The translations under genes and the position numbers were made by a program. From sequence record LC494302.1: a DNA stretch of 64,000 nt, one strand, 5' to 3'. Within the stretch, counting starts at the first letter, position 1; each line of letters begins with the position of its first letter. Below are positions 28,860 to 39,633 of this stretch, one piece after another. The notes beneath the pieces were generated by a model. That model was not told the origin of the DNA, searched no databases, and was given only the letters and a program-made list of their open reading frames with translations.

Positions 28860-29516
28860 ATGGCAGCTATTCGTCATGTTGGTGTAATGCGTAATACAGG
28901 TTCTCGTGTTTTTGTTGTTTGGCGTTCACTACCAGATGATCCTGAACACTGCCTTATCGTTTATCGTGATTCACTACCAGAAGCATATGTTCACGCAGTA
29001 ACTGATATTGTTATGGGTCATGGTCAATCTAATATTGATTTGTGGGAAGTAATGCATAAAATTGGTTATCTCGATGGACGCAAAATGCTAGATGTTCTAC
29101 ACAACATGCAGCATCTACGTCGCGTTCGTACTTGTGACATTGATATGCACACTGGTGGTAATAATAAAATTTCTCTTGATGTTCTAAACAAAGCATTAGA
29201 TGAAAATCAAGCGAAAGTACAAGAAGATGGTAAAGTAAAAGACTTTAACCCATTCAATCCACAAGAAGCGGACACTAAAGTAGAAGAAGCTACTATTGTA
29301 GAACAACTTCTCACTGATGCACAAAAATATGAAAAACTGGCTAAAGAACATTATGAACGTGCATACAATTTAGAGCCAAGCTTGCGTCCGCAAACACAAG
29401 TTGTTGAACAACCGAAAGATAGTAAAACAATTTATCTAGAAATTCCAGAAGGTATTTCACAGACTAAAGCTATTGAGAAAGTAAAACAACTATTTGCAGA
29501 ACGTAAAGCAAAATAA
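28860..29516 (+). CDS. Conserved hypothetical protein
   Basis: GGAG RBS; 218-aa ORF. Confidence 0.75.
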   Translation: MAAIRHVGVMRNTGSRVFVVWRSLPDDPEHCLIVYRDSLPEAYVHAVTDIVMGHGQSNIDLWEVMHKIGYLDGRKMLDVLHNMQHLRRVRTCDIDMHTGGNNKISLDVLNKALDENQAKVQEDGKVKDFNPFNPQEADTKVEEATIVEQLLTDAQKYEKLAKEHYERAYNLEPSLRPQTQVVEQPKDSKTIYLEIPEGISQTKAIEKVKQLFAERKAK

Positions 29517-29519
29517 AAT

Positions 29520-30113
29520 ATGAAAAAGAATGAATTAGATGAAGCAATTAAAGGTTTATCTAATGTATGTTTTAGTGGCGGGGCAGCAGGTGCTGACCGC
29601 CTTTTTTCTATCTATGCAAAAAATAATGGATTTGAAGTTATTAATTTTTCATTCAAAGGTCATGAGCATAGTGTAGATGAAAGTACTATATTAGAAATAC
29701 CATCCAATATTCTATCTGATATTTCTATATTAAATCAACTAAACATTGCATGTTACTCGTTGCAGCGAAAAGTACCAAAACCTGGTTCTTATGTTTACAA
29801 CTTACTTGCAAGGAATAGTTATCAGATACTTAATACAGAAAGAATATATTGTATTGCAAATATCACATCACCAACTAAGGTAAGTGGTGGTACTGCATGG
29901 GCAGTACAGATGTATATGGATTCAGTTGAAAATCCTGAAATTTATTGTTATGATATGAATTCACGTTCAGTATTTTATTTCGATACAGTACTGAAAGAGT
30001 TCACACAAACATTCGTCGTTCCAGCACCACATGGTAACTGGACTGGTATTGGTTCACGCAATGCCACCGAAAAACATATGGAACATTTTATTACATTTTT
30101 CAAGGAAGAATAA
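29520..30113 (+). CDS. SLOG-superfamily-like nucleotide-binding protein
   Basis: FSGGAAGAD, GGTAWAV and WTGIGSR motifs. Confidence 0.55.
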   Translation: MKKNELDEAIKGLSNVCFSGGAAGADRLFSIYAKNNGFEVINFSFKGHEHSVDESTILEIPSNILSDISILNQLNIACYSLQRKVPKPGSYVYNLLARNSYQILNTERIYCIANITSPTKVSGGTAWAVQMYMDSVENPEIYCYDMNSRSVFYFDTVLKEFTQTFVVPAPHGNWTGIGSRNATEKHMEHFITFFKEE

Positions 30114-31042
30114 TGAAACAACTACAAGAACTATATCAAAAAATTCTAGATGAAGGCGTAGAAAGCGTTGACCGTACTGGTGTTGGAACAATCAAACTTA
30201 TCGGTCAACAAATGCGTTTTGACCTTAAAGATGGTTTCCCAGCAGTGACGACAAAACGTCTAGCTTGGAAAGCAATGACTTCAGAATTACTATGGTTTAT
30301 TGAAGGTTCCCATGATGAGCGTCGCCTTTGTGAAATTTTGCATGGAACTCGTGATACAGAAAAGAAAACTATTTGGACAGATAATTACCTAAATCAAGGC
30401 GTTGCTCTTGGTTATACTGATGGTGAGTTAGGTCCAGTGTATGGTAAGCAATGGCGTGAATGGGAAGATTATAAATTTAGTTCCAGTACTGAAGAAATTC
30501 AAGAATTAAAAGATAAAGGATACAAAGTTATCGATTATACTGGTTCACATGGTGTTGTTATGAAACGTACAACTGACCAATTACAAGAACTAATCAAAGG
30601 TATAAAGTCCGATCCATATGGCCGTCGCCACATTCTAAGTGCATGGAACGTTGGTGAGCTTGATGATATGACGTTACCACCTTGTCATAGCTTTGTGCAA
30701 TTTTGTGTAGTGCAAGGAAAACTAAGCTGTATTCTGCATCAACGCTCCGCTGATCTATTTTTAGGAGTTCCATTTAATATCAGTAGTTACTCACTACTAA
30801 CTCATATGATTGCACAAATTACTGGTTTAGATGTTGGTGAATTTATTTGGAATGGTGGTGATTGTCACATTTATAAAAACCACGTTGAACAAGTAAAAGA
30901 GCAACTACAGCGAAAACCTCGTGAATTACCTGAATTGTGGCTTGATCCTACAATTACTAATATTGAAGATTTCACTATGGATTCTTTTAAATTAGTGAAT
31001 TACAACCCAATGCCAACAATTAAAGCACCTATGGCTGTATAA
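30113..31042 (+). CDS. thyA: Thymidylate synthase (ThyA), uninterrupted
   Basis: DRTGVGT, ELLWFIEG, LGPVYGKQWR, SAWNV, LPPCH, QRSADLFLGVPFNI, HIYKNH and IKAPMAV. Confidence 0.96.
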   Translation: MKQLQELYQKILDEGVESVDRTGVGTIKLIGQQMRFDLKDGFPAVTTKRLAWKAMTSELLWFIEGSHDERRLCEILHGTRDTEKKTIWTDNYLNQGVALGYTDGELGPVYGKQWREWEDYKFSSSTEEIQELKDKGYKVIDYTGSHGVVMKRTTDQLQELIKGIKSDPYGRRHILSAWNVGELDDMTLPPCHSFVQFCVVQGKLSCILHQRSADLFLGVPFNISSYSLLTHMIAQITGLDVGEFIWNGGDCHIYKNHVEQVKEQLQRKPRELPELWLDPTITNIEDFTMDSFKLVNYNPMPTIKAPMAV

Positions 31043-31045
31043 ACG

Positions 31046-31076
31046 AAAAGGGAGAACATCAGTTCTCCCTTTTTTA
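31046..31076. terminator. Bidirectional terminator
   Basis: AAAAGGGAGAAC-atca-GTTCTCCCTTTTTT between convergent genes. Confidence 0.88.
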
Positions 31077-33041
31077 TTATCTAATTGTTACCAATGTTCT
31101 TCCGTCGAAACGTACATCAGGAGTTGAAGGTATACTAAACACTACGTTAGTGCCGTTAAACGTAACGCTATCGACCTCAACACGAGTATAGACACCAGGA
31201 CTAACCTGTTCCTGTATCTCTGCTGTGACGATGTTTGAGGCTGTTACAGTAAGGGTGTAGTAGTTACCACTTAATACCCAAGATGAAATTGTAAAAGCAT
31301 CGGTTCTCACTGAACCTGAACCAATTGGAACCCATTGACCTTGAACTTTTTGCATTGAAGTACGCTCGGTATTGGAGTATGCAATCATACCATCAACGCC
31401 AACAGAGTTATCAATAGTAGCTAGTACTGGTAATTGGATACCATATCTATTAAAACGTGTTCTTATAGTTCCATTATCATAGATACTTACATCAGCATAA
31501 TTACCCATTGATAGTTTTAAATCAGAACTAACTAATTGGATTGTACTTTGATTAGTAGTACTTTCTAATGTAATTATACCATTAGCTAATAGATTTATAT
31601 TTTTAAATTTATTAGTTGTTCCATTGAAATTAGTGTTTGCTGTAAACGTACTAACTCCATTAACTGTAATTGTATCAGATGCAGCATCGCCTAATGTAGT
31701 ATTACCTTGAATGTTCAAATTACCACTAGCAGTGATATTACTAGCTGATGTATCACCAGTCAATGTACTTGTACCATCAACCACAATATTACCATGAAAC
31801 GCACTTTCACCATTTTTAAATTCAACTTGTACTTTATTCATTGAACTAAATGAAATAATATTACTACTAGCACTTAGTCCAACATTAGTATTGGTTGCAT
31901 TATCAAATCTTAGTACTGGGGTTGATGCTGGGGTTGAAGTTGTTTGGTATAATGTTAATGTTGAATTATTAATTCTAATACGTTCAGTTCCAGCAGTACT
32001 GAAACCAATTGCATCATCTGCTGGATGAAACATACCAGTATTAGCGTCTGACCATTTTGCAGGATCATTACCTGGGTTATTGGTTGGATCAAATGGATTG
32101 TTATTAAATGTCAATGCTGGTGCTGCTGCACTACCATAGACCACACCAAAACGCCCTGAGCCGCTTGTTCCATCATTATACATGGAATCACCAGTTCTAC
32201 GTAAACATTCAATCACAACGTTATCTATGGATGTTTGTACGGTTCCTGCGTTTGTTCTAAATTGACGATGGTTTGCAATCATTACTGTATTGTCATATAA
32301 TACAGAAGCAGCAGAAATGCTTGTTCTTGACTGGCGTAGACGTATGTTTTTATCTTCAGTTATAATGATCCAATCACCATCTGATAGTGCGGTTTGGTTC
32401 ATTGGAACGCCTGAAGCAAATGGTTTGGTTAAGTCAGCATCTGTTGCTAAATTTTTAAGACCATCATGACCAGTACTAGGAATAGATGCAGTAATAATTC
32501 TTGCAAAAGCGTATGTTACAAGTTTAGCACCAGATATATTTGGATTGGAGTCAACATAATATAAAATTTCAATCCAATTACCTTGACCAGTTGGGTTCGT
32601 AGGTGTAAATGTAACCGGACTTGTTTGTGGGTTATTTGCTTCAAAGTGTGCTTGTGCTGCATCCATAATACCACGAACAACATAATAATCACCATTTAGT
32701 GATGCTGCTGGTGCTGGTAGTGGTGTTTGTGCTAAAGGTGGATCAATATCATCTGGGATAGGATTGTATGTACCAACAAACTGTAAACCACTAGTTACTG
32801 AATCTGGTAATTGGGAAGTAAGAAGTTTACCATTTGCATCTAAGTTTGCAAAGCGGCGATATGCCATAGTACCATCTTCAAAATCCAGAACACCTTCAAA
32901 TGATTTCCATTCCTTATTGTATCTAATCATCCCTGATCTTATTACATCAGCGGTTTCTTTTGATGGTGCTTTCGGTAACTCTAAAAAAGATTTACTATCA
33001 ATAATTACACCACCATCACCTCTAATTCGATTTATACTCAT
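31077..33041 (-). CDS. Tail/baseplate-associated structural protein
   Basis: 654 aa; GMIRYN, NTGMF.P..D.IGFSTAGTER.RI and GNTTLGDAASD fibre-type motifs; TAAATA upstream at 33075-33080. Confidence 0.75.
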   Translation of the reverse strand: MSINRIRGDGGVIIDSKSFLELPKAPSKETADVIRSGMIRYNKEWKSFEGVLDFEDGTMAYRRFANLDANGKLLTSQLPDSVTSGLQFVGTYNPIPDDIDPPLAQTPLPAPAASLNGDYYVVRGIMDAAQAHFEANNPQTSPVTFTPTNPTGQGNWIEILYYVDSNPNISGAKLVTYAFARIITASIPSTGHDGLKNLATDADLTKPFASGVPMNQTALSDGDWIIITEDKNIRLRQSRTSISAASVLYDNTVMIANHRQFRTNAGTVQTSIDNVVIECLRRTGDSMYNDGTSGSGRFGVVYGSAAAPALTFNNNPFDPTNNPGNDPAKWSDANTGMFHPADDAIGFSTAGTERIRINNSTLTLYQTTSTPASTPVLRFDNATNTNVGLSASSNIISFSSMNKVQVEFKNGESAFHGNIVVDGTSTLTGDTSASNITASGNLNIQGNTTLGDAASDTITVNGVSTFTANTNFNGTTNKFKNINLLANGIITLESTTNQSTIQLVSSDLKLSMGNYADVSIYDNGTIRTRFNRYGIQLPVLATIDNSVGVDGMIAYSNTERTSMQKVQGQWVPIGSGSVRTDAFTISSWVLSGNYYTLTVTASNIVTAEIQEQVSPGVYTRVEVDSVTFNGTNVVFSIPSTPDVRFDGRTLVTIR

Positions 33042-33090
33042 TTAAATATTTCCTCAGAATAGATTTATATGATGTATTTATTTTAGTTAA

Positions 33091-33119
33091 AAGAAAAGGC
33101 CAAGCATAGGCTTGACCTT
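33091..33119 (-). terminator. Rho-independent terminator
   Basis: AAGGCCAAGC-atag-GCTTGACCTT with a T-run on the minus strand. Confidence 0.7.
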
Positions 33120-33125
33120 AAAAAA

Positions 33126-33905
33126 TTAACGTATACGTTCAGGAATATCAACACCTTCATATACCCAAGTTGCAGCTTGTTGTGCCTTATAAATTGCATC
33201 AGGATCTAAATCATCAACTGCATCAATTGCTGCACACTGATTGTCACATTCTGTAAACAATTGCTCAATCATAGCAAAGGCTCCAGTGTATAGTTGTGTC
33301 ATTTCAGTAGCAGATAATTTTACAATTGCGTCATCAAGAAAAATAGAAACACTTTCAGAACCTGAAGTGACTTGTGTATAGTAATTAAGAAGCATTTGAC
33401 GACCAGACATATCAGTACTGTAACGATGACCATTGAACATATAACCAGAATTCATACGATTTGTACGTTCTGATATAGTTCTTGCTTTTAAATCAACTTT
33501 AACATCTGCTATTGGCATATCAATATAATGATATGTTTTAAGAACAGTTAGTGCTTTATATTCTTCGGTAGCGTCTTCTAAAAATTCAACAATAGGTTGA
33601 TTTTCATCTTTTAATTTAATAAACTCCAACGGTTGTTCAATAGCATTAACATTTCCAACATTTTTATACACTAACCACCAAAAACCTTCTTCTTTTCTAA
33701 CAGCATCATTAGGTTCTACTGGGGAACCATCTTTACTTGAAATACCATAAAGAGTTCTAATATCACTATAAAGATAACGATAGGTTTGTGGATCTTCTGG
33801 TGTTGCACCAGGACGTTCTTTAAGTCCTTTTACACCAATTGGATTGGAAATAATGTTTCCCAATTCATAATTTTCTTTTGAATTTCCTTTCACATATGTG
33901 AACAT
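33126..33905 (-). CDS. Tail fibre assembly/chaperone-like protein (DUF4376-like C-terminus)
   Basis: GYMFNGHRYSTD..GRQ.L pattern; lies directly downstream of the long fibre gene. Confidence 0.55.
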   Translation of the reverse strand: MFTYVKGNSKENYELGNIISNPIGVKGLKERPGATPEDPQTYRYLYSDIRTLYGISSKDGSPVEPNDAVRKEEGFWWLVYKNVGNVNAIEQPLEFIKLKDENQPIVEFLEDATEEYKALTVLKTYHYIDMPIADVKVDLKARTISERTNRMNSGYMFNGHRYSTDMSGRQMLLNYYTQVTSGSESVSIFLDDAIVKLSATEMTQLYTGAFAMIEQLFTECDNQCAAIDAVDDLDPDAIYKAQQAATWVYEGVDIPERIR

Positions 33906-33928
33906 ATAACTACCTCACTTGTTATGAT

Positions 33929-33953
33929 GGTGTCACCCAAAATGAGTGACACC
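33929..33953. other. Intergenic stem-loop
   Basis: GGTGTCACCC-aaaat-GAGTGACACC; no U-tail on the coding (minus) strand. Confidence 0.55.
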
Positions 33954-33969
33954 TTTATTATTATAATTA

Positions 33970-36900
33970 TTAAGCAGTACGTTGTGCAATAAACATATCT
34001 GTTACTGGACTCACACCGTCATAAATGACTTGGTAGATAGTTACAGAGTTTGCAGTTTTGTTCAGTGTGCCATCAACAACCGCATAAGTACCATCAGTAG
34101 TAAAGTTTCTATTACCTGTTGCATCTTGTTTCACATAAATGTATACTGAAGATGCTTTACCACCACCGATTAGACCAGTGATTGGTGCTAGAGTGGTATC
34201 TTGATCTAGAGTGATAAAGTATACGTTGCTAGTACCGTCTGGGGTCCAAGTACCAGTTGGTGCGATAACAGAAGAAGTTACTTGATTAGGAATAACATCA
34301 TATTTTTTAGTAGTTACTGTTGTTGTAGTTAGGTCAGCATTAGTAGTTGTCAATTGACCAGTTACAGTTACATCTTTATCAAATACTGCATTTTCTTTGA
34401 AAGAAGATGTTGCATTGACAGTTAATGTATCAGCAGCAGCGTCACCTAAAACAACACTACCATTTGCAGTCATTAAACCAGTAACAGTTAAAGTACCACC
34501 GATTGTTGCTGCTCCAGTAACAGATGCACTAGCAAGTGTTGCTGCACCAGAAGTAGTAATGGTAGTTACTGAAGTTGCTGCTAGGGTTGCAGTACCTGTT
34601 GCAGAAATATCACCACCAACAGTTAGGTTACCAGAAGTAATTCCAACGGTTCCAGTAATGTTAGCACCACTTGACATCGTTACTGCACCACCAAATGAAC
34701 CAGTAGTAGTTACTTCAAGGGTGTTCCCTTTTAGTAGACCAGTTGCAGTAATACTTGTACCTGCGGTAATACTAGTACCAGCAGCAACACTGTTGGTTGC
34801 AGTTAATGATTTAACAGCTACATCAGAGTTTGCTTGGTTTAGTGTTGCGTTTAGTAGACCAGTTACTGTAAAGTTACCGTTGTTAACTACGTTACCATTG
34901 ATTGTTAAGTTGTTGTTTTGTGAACCAACATCACCAATAGTTGCTGATTTGGAAATCAACTCTGCACCAGAAGTAATGTTACCCGCTGCACTAATAGTGT
35001 CAGCCGCAACAACTGCATAAGGTTCAATTGTTTGACCACTAACGTCAATATCAGCGTTGATACCACCATCTACACGCAAGGAGCCTGCAATGTAAGTATT
35101 AGGGAAAATCTGAACTGTCTCTGGTTGATCACCAATTTTAGTACCGATAATAACATCAGAACCAGTTTTAACTGCACCAGAGGTTGTTAGAGAACCTAAA
35201 GTTGTAGCACCAGTTACACCTAATGTTCCACCAATTGTTGCGTTATTGGTAACTGCTAATGCAGCACCTTCACCATTAAGAGCGATTGATGGAGCAGATA
35301 CTGCACCAGTTACGCCTAATGTGCCACCAATTGTTGCGTTGCCATCTGAATGTAGAGTTGTAGCTACAGAAAGACTGTTAGCAACTACATCAGTACTAGC
35401 TAAATCCAATGCACCTGGGGTTAATGTACCAGTAATGTTAACATTATTACCAAAGGTTGCTGCACCAGTCACATCTAGTGTAGTACTAAATGTACCAGAG
35501 GTTGCAGAGATTGCACCTGAATCTAGTGATCCAACAGTTGCTTTACCAGTTACACCTAAAGTTCCACCAACAGTTCCATTTGTGGTTACATCCAATGTAC
35601 CAGTACTTAGTTCTTGTGCGGTTACCTTACCGGATGCAGTAACAGTTGAAGTGGAAACGCCACCAGTTAGAGTACTAGCACCAGTAACACTTAATGTGGT
35701 TGCAGCAGTTACGCTATTTACGCTAAGATCAGCACCGGATAAGTCCAAACCACCTTCAGGAACAAATACACCCTTAACAGTTAGTTTTTGTACTGTACTA
35801 TCACCTGTTACATCCAAGGTAGAAGCAGTTAAACCACCATTCATACTTGCTGCACCAGTAACACCTAGTGTAGTGGTTACAGTAGCACTATTAAGTGTTG
35901 AACTACCAGAAATATTAGCACTAGGAGCAGTAATAGTTCCAGAATCAACTTGTATACCACCAGCAACAACCTGAATTCCACCAGCATTAACTGTTAGTTT
36001 ACCAGCAGTATTCAATGTATTTGAAACTGTTGTTGCACCAGTTAAAGTTGTAGTACCAGTTACACCTAAGTTACCAGAAATAGATGGACTACCTGTAATA
36101 TTACCAGTAGTTAGTATCAAATCAGTACCTACGGTAGTGGAGCCAGTACTTTCTAGTGTCACACCAACGATGTTTGCAGAACTTAGGTTAATAGTACCAT
36201 CAACAGTTAAGTTACCTTGAACGGTTGCATCACCTAGAGAAGTTAATGTCTTCACAGACACATCAGTTGTGCTAAGATCAATAACACCCGCAGTTAGTGT
36301 TCCAGATACTGCTAAATTACCAGTAATCGCGGTATTTTTAGTAATGGATACATTTTCTGCCGCTGAAGTAATAGAACCAACAGTAAGTACACCACCAACA
36401 GTTGCGTTATTAGTTACATTTAGAGCAGTTCCAACACCAGATAGTGTTGCTGACCCACCAGTAATTGCACCTGAGATTGAAGCTGTTGCTGCTGAAACAT
36501 CACCAGAAACTACTGCATTTGTTGCATTTAGAGCAGACACTGTAACTTCAGTACTTTGAACTTTAGGTAGAACGTTGATACCTTCTGCACTACTAACTGT
36601 AATAATACCAGTACTTGTTAGAGATTTAACAGATACATCAGCACCACTTAAATCAACTGTACCAGAAACAACAAGATCTCCACCAATATTTGCTCCAGCG
36701 GTAGTAGTAATGGATTTTGCACTTACATCAGTTGTGCTCAAATCAATTGCACCTGGTGTTACTGTACCAGAAACTGTTAGGTCACCAGTAATAGATGTAT
36801 TATTGGAAATAGATACACCATCAACGTTACTAATTGTTGGGGTTTCTACAGAAACTGCTTTAACTTTACCTGAAGAAGTTACGTCAGCTACGGTAGATGC

Positions 36901-39495
36901 ACCAGTAACATTCAAATTAGTAATATTTGCAGTTGTTGAACCAAGGGTTGCAATAGTTGCATCAGTACTTTGAAGTTTAGGTAGAACACTACTAATTGTG
37001 GATTCATTACTAACAATTGCACCAGTACTAGTTAAAGATTTGACAGTAACATCAGCCGTAGTAAGATCTACTGTACCATTAACAGTTAGGTTACCACCAA
37101 TAGTTGCACCAGCAGTAGTAGTAATGGATTTAGCATTAACATCAGTTGTTGCTAGATCGATAGAGCCTGGAATAACTGCACCAGTAACGGTTAGGTCACC
37201 AGTTACATTTGTATTATTGGAAATAGTGACACCACTTGCATTTGAAATGGTTGGGGTAACCAACGATGCAGTTGTAGTTTCACCAGTTACAGTTAAAGTT
37301 GACCCAACTAGAACAGATGAGCTTGAGTAAATTGTACCCAAATTAGCAGATCCGGTAACAGTTATATCATCAGCATTAACAGTAGGAGCCGTTATGGTAG
37401 TACTATTAAGTACTGGAAGTACGTTAGCATTAACAAGATCATTACTTTTAACAATACCAGAAGTAGTTAATGATTTAACATTAAGGTCGGCTGCTGATAA
37501 ATCAAAAGAGCCTTGAACTACTAAATCACCACCAATAGTTGCACCAGCAGTAGTAGTGATTGATTTAGCATTAATATCGGTAGTGCTCAAGTCTAGAGAA
37601 CCAACAGTTAAGCTACCAGTAATATCAACATTTTCTGTAAAGTTAGTATTACCACTAATAGTTGGTGCAGTCAGAGTTGTTGCACTAATATTAGTACCGT
37701 TAATTGTTTGTCCACTTACAGTCCCACTCGCAGTGATAGTAGGAGCCGTTACTTCAGTAGATGCACTAATTGTTGGTGCAGATACAGAAGTTGTACCAGT
37801 AATAGAACCAGAACTTACTGAACCAGCGGATAATGCACCAGAAAGAGTTGCAGTTGTACCAGCAATATCACCAGTAACAGTTAGTTTAGCACCCACGGTA
37901 GTGTTACCAGTACTTTCAAGTGTTGCACCTTTAATATTTGCTGCCGCGACAACAGAATTAGGTGTTAGATCCTGCCCACTAACATCAACAGTTAGCCCAG
38001 TTACTGTTCCAGTAAATTCAACATCATTAAGAATTGCTTTACCACCAACTTGTAGGAATGGTGTACCTGGAGCTTGTGTTTCGTTACCAGTAATAGTTAG
38101 GTAATCTAGTTTGTTTAGACCGTTACCAGTAATACCATAAGTGGAAAGAGAAGCGTTACCGAAAGTTGCTGTTTTAAGAACGTTCAATGTAGAAGGAGAA
38201 ACGACTTCTGATTGAACTTCGTTAGGTAGAATAACTGTTGGGCGTTGACCTGGTGCAGTATATCCAAAACCTAGTTTCACTGCCGCATCTTGACTATTTT
38301 GACCTAAGCTGATAGCTTTAAAGGATGCAGTACTGTTATAACCAGTAATATTAGAACCAAGAGTAACACCACCAACTAATGAAGTTACACCAGTAACGTT
38401 CAAAGATACTGCATTAATATCGTCTAGTTGGAACGTTCCACCAAGAAGACCAGAAACATTAATGTTATTAAAATTAGCAGTACCAGTACTTTCGATATTT
38501 GGAATAGTTGCAGTTCCGGTTACTTCAAAGTCAGCAACTTTAGTTTTTCCTTTTTGAACTTCTAATAGTGGTGTGTCTGGTGATTGTGTATTGTTACCAG
38601 AAACTGTTAGATAATCTAATTTGTTTAGACCATTACCAGTAATACCATAAGAAGATAATGACGCATTACCAAAAGAAGCAGAGGTCAATACTGTCAAGTT
38701 TGCAGGTGACATTAGCTCGGACTGAATTTCGTTTTGTAGAATAACAGTTGGGCGTTTACCAGGAGCAGTGTAAGGGAAGCTTAATCTGAAGGTTTGTGAT
38801 TCAGAGTTAGAACCAATACGAATGTCTTTAAAAGTAGCAGTACTGTTAATACCAGTTACGTTAGCACCGAAAGTTACTGCACCTTGTTGGTTAGATGCAC
38901 CAGTAACGTTCAATGTTACTGCATTTAAGTCAGATAGATTAAACTCACCACCAAGTGTACCACTAATTGTCACATCGTTAAATGTAGCAGTACCAGTACT
39001 ACTAATATCTGTTGTACTTACATTAGTAATTTCTGCGGTATTAGCATTAATTTTATCAAATGCAGCAGTAGTCCCAACATCAGCAGTAATATTACCTTTA
39101 AATGCTGTTGTTTCAGCAACTTCTAAGTTTTTAACTTTAGTTGCTTGTAGAGTGGTTGTACCAGCAGTTTGTGTAAAATCAGAACCAACTGATACAGTAC
39201 CGTTAAAGGTAGCGTTTGAATTAATTGTTGCTGTATCAGACCCGACAACTGCACTACCGATTGTAGTATTACCCTCAACACCAAGACCACCAGAAAGTGT
39301 TGCTTTGCCACCTACATCTAAAGTAGATGTAATGTTGGCAGTTGATGATTCAATGGCAGTAAAAGTTGCATTTGCAAAAGTTACAGTACCATTTACAGTT
39401 AGGTTATTGTTGAAAACAGCATTTCCTTTGACTAAAAGATCCTTACCAACCGTACCAGCACCAGTAATATCTAAGTCAGTTTTTATTGAGTACAT
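33970..39495 (-). CDS. Long repetitive tail fibre protein (1841 aa, T/G/V/S-rich beta repeats)
   Basis: Dozens of GxLxVxG units and larger internal duplications; TAAATA upstream at 39531-39536. Confidence 0.8.
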   Translation of the reverse strand: MYSIKTDLDITGAGTVGKDLLVKGNAVFNNNLTVNGTVTFANATFTAIESSTANITSTLDVGGKATLSGGLGVEGNTTIGSAVVGSDTATINSNATFNGTVSVGSDFTQTAGTTTLQATKVKNLEVAETTAFKGNITADVGTTAAFDKINANTAEITNVSTTDISSTGTATFNDVTISGTLGGEFNLSDLNAVTLNVTGASNQQGAVTFGANVTGINSTATFKDIRIGSNSESQTFRLSFPYTAPGKRPTVILQNEIQSELMSPANLTVLTSASFGNASLSSYGITGNGLNKLDYLTVSGNNTQSPDTPLLEVQKGKTKVADFEVTGTATIPNIESTGTANFNNINVSGLLGGTFQLDDINAVSLNVTGVTSLVGGVTLGSNITGYNSTASFKAISLGQNSQDAAVKLGFGYTAPGQRPTVILPNEVQSEVVSPSTLNVLKTATFGNASLSTYGITGNGLNKLDYLTITGNETQAPGTPFLQVGGKAILNDVEFTGTVTGLTVDVSGQDLTPNSVVAAANIKGATLESTGNTTVGAKLTVTGDIAGTTATLSGALSAGSVSSGSITGTTSVSAPTISASTEVTAPTITASGTVSGQTINGTNISATTLTAPTISGNTNFTENVDITGSLTVGSLDLSTTDINAKSITTTAGATIGGDLVVQGSFDLSAADLNVKSLTTSGIVKSNDLVNANVLPVLNSTTITAPTVNADDITVTGSANLGTIYSSSSVLVGSTLTVTGETTTASLVTPTISNASGVTISNNTNVTGDLTVTGAVIPGSIDLATTDVNAKSITTTAGATIGGNLTVNGTVDLTTADVTVKSLTSTGAIVSNESTISSVLPKLQSTDATIATLGSTTANITNLNVTGASTVADVTSSGKVKAVSVETPTISNVDGVSISNNTSITGDLTVSGTVTPGAIDLSTTDVSAKSITTTAGANIGGDLVVSGTVDLSGADVSVKSLTSTGIITVSSAEGINVLPKVQSTEVTVSALNATNAVVSGDVSAATASISGAITGGSATLSGVGTALNVTNNATVGGVLTVGSITSAAENVSITKNTAITGNLAVSGTLTAGVIDLSTTDVSVKTLTSLGDATVQGNLTVDGTINLSSANIVGVTLESTGSTTVGTDLILTTGNITGSPSISGNLGVTGTTTLTGATTVSNTLNTAGKLTVNAGGIQVVAGGIQVDSGTITAPSANISGSSTLNSATVTTTLGVTGAASMNGGLTASTLDVTGDSTVQKLTVKGVFVPEGGLDLSGADLSVNSVTAATTLSVTGASTLTGGVSTSTVTASGKVTAQELSTGTLDVTTNGTVGGTLGVTGKATVGSLDSGAISATSGTFSTTLDVTGAATFGNNVNITGTLTPGALDLASTDVVANSLSVATTLHSDGNATIGGTLGVTGAVSAPSIALNGEGAALAVTNNATIGGTLGVTGATTLGSLTTSGAVKTGSDVIIGTKIGDQPETVQIFPNTYIAGSLRVDGGINADIDVSGQTIEPYAVVAADTISAAGNITSGAELISKSATIGDVGSQNNNLTINGNVVNNGNFTVTGLLNATLNQANSDVAVKSLTATNSVAAGTSITAGTSITATGLLKGNTLEVTTTGSFGGAVTMSSGANITGTVGITSGNLTVGGDISATGTATLAATSVTTITTSGAATLASASVTGAATIGGTLTVTGLMTANGSVVLGDAAADTLTVNATSSFKENAVFDKDVTVTGQLTTTNADLTTTTVTTKKYDVIPNQVTSSVIAPTGTWTPDGTSNVYFITLDQDTTLAPITGLIGGGKASSVYIYVKQDATGNRNFTTDGTYAVVDGTLNKTANSVTIYQVIYDGVSPVTDMFIAQRTA

Positions 39496-39594
39496 TTATA
39501 CCCTCCATTATAACCTTGTTAATATGTATATATTTAGTTTTATTATGCTGTTATCCAACAATTAATATGTTATTTGACAAAAGCAAATATAATA

Positions 39595-39625
39595 AAAACC
39601 AGACTTATTTAGAACAAGTCTGGTT
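39595..39625 (-). terminator. Terminator hairpin whose loop overlaps TAAATA
   Basis: AACCAGACTT...AAGTCTGGTT with a T-run on the minus strand; TATTTA at 39606-39611. Confidence 0.7.
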
Positions 39626-39633
39626 AATTTTTT

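Noticed and set aside
30113-31042. Group I intron or intein in thymidylate synthase
   Set aside because: The ORF is continuous at 309 aa, with only a short in-frame insertion.
34397-39565. Many long plus-strand ORFs over the fibre gene
   Set aside because: These are antisense shadows of a Thr/Val/Gly-rich repetitive gene with few reverse-strand stops; they have no RBS or family motifs.
39574-39593. TTGACA and TATAAT close together
   Set aside because: The spacer is only 8 bp, and the orientation is opposite to the local genes.
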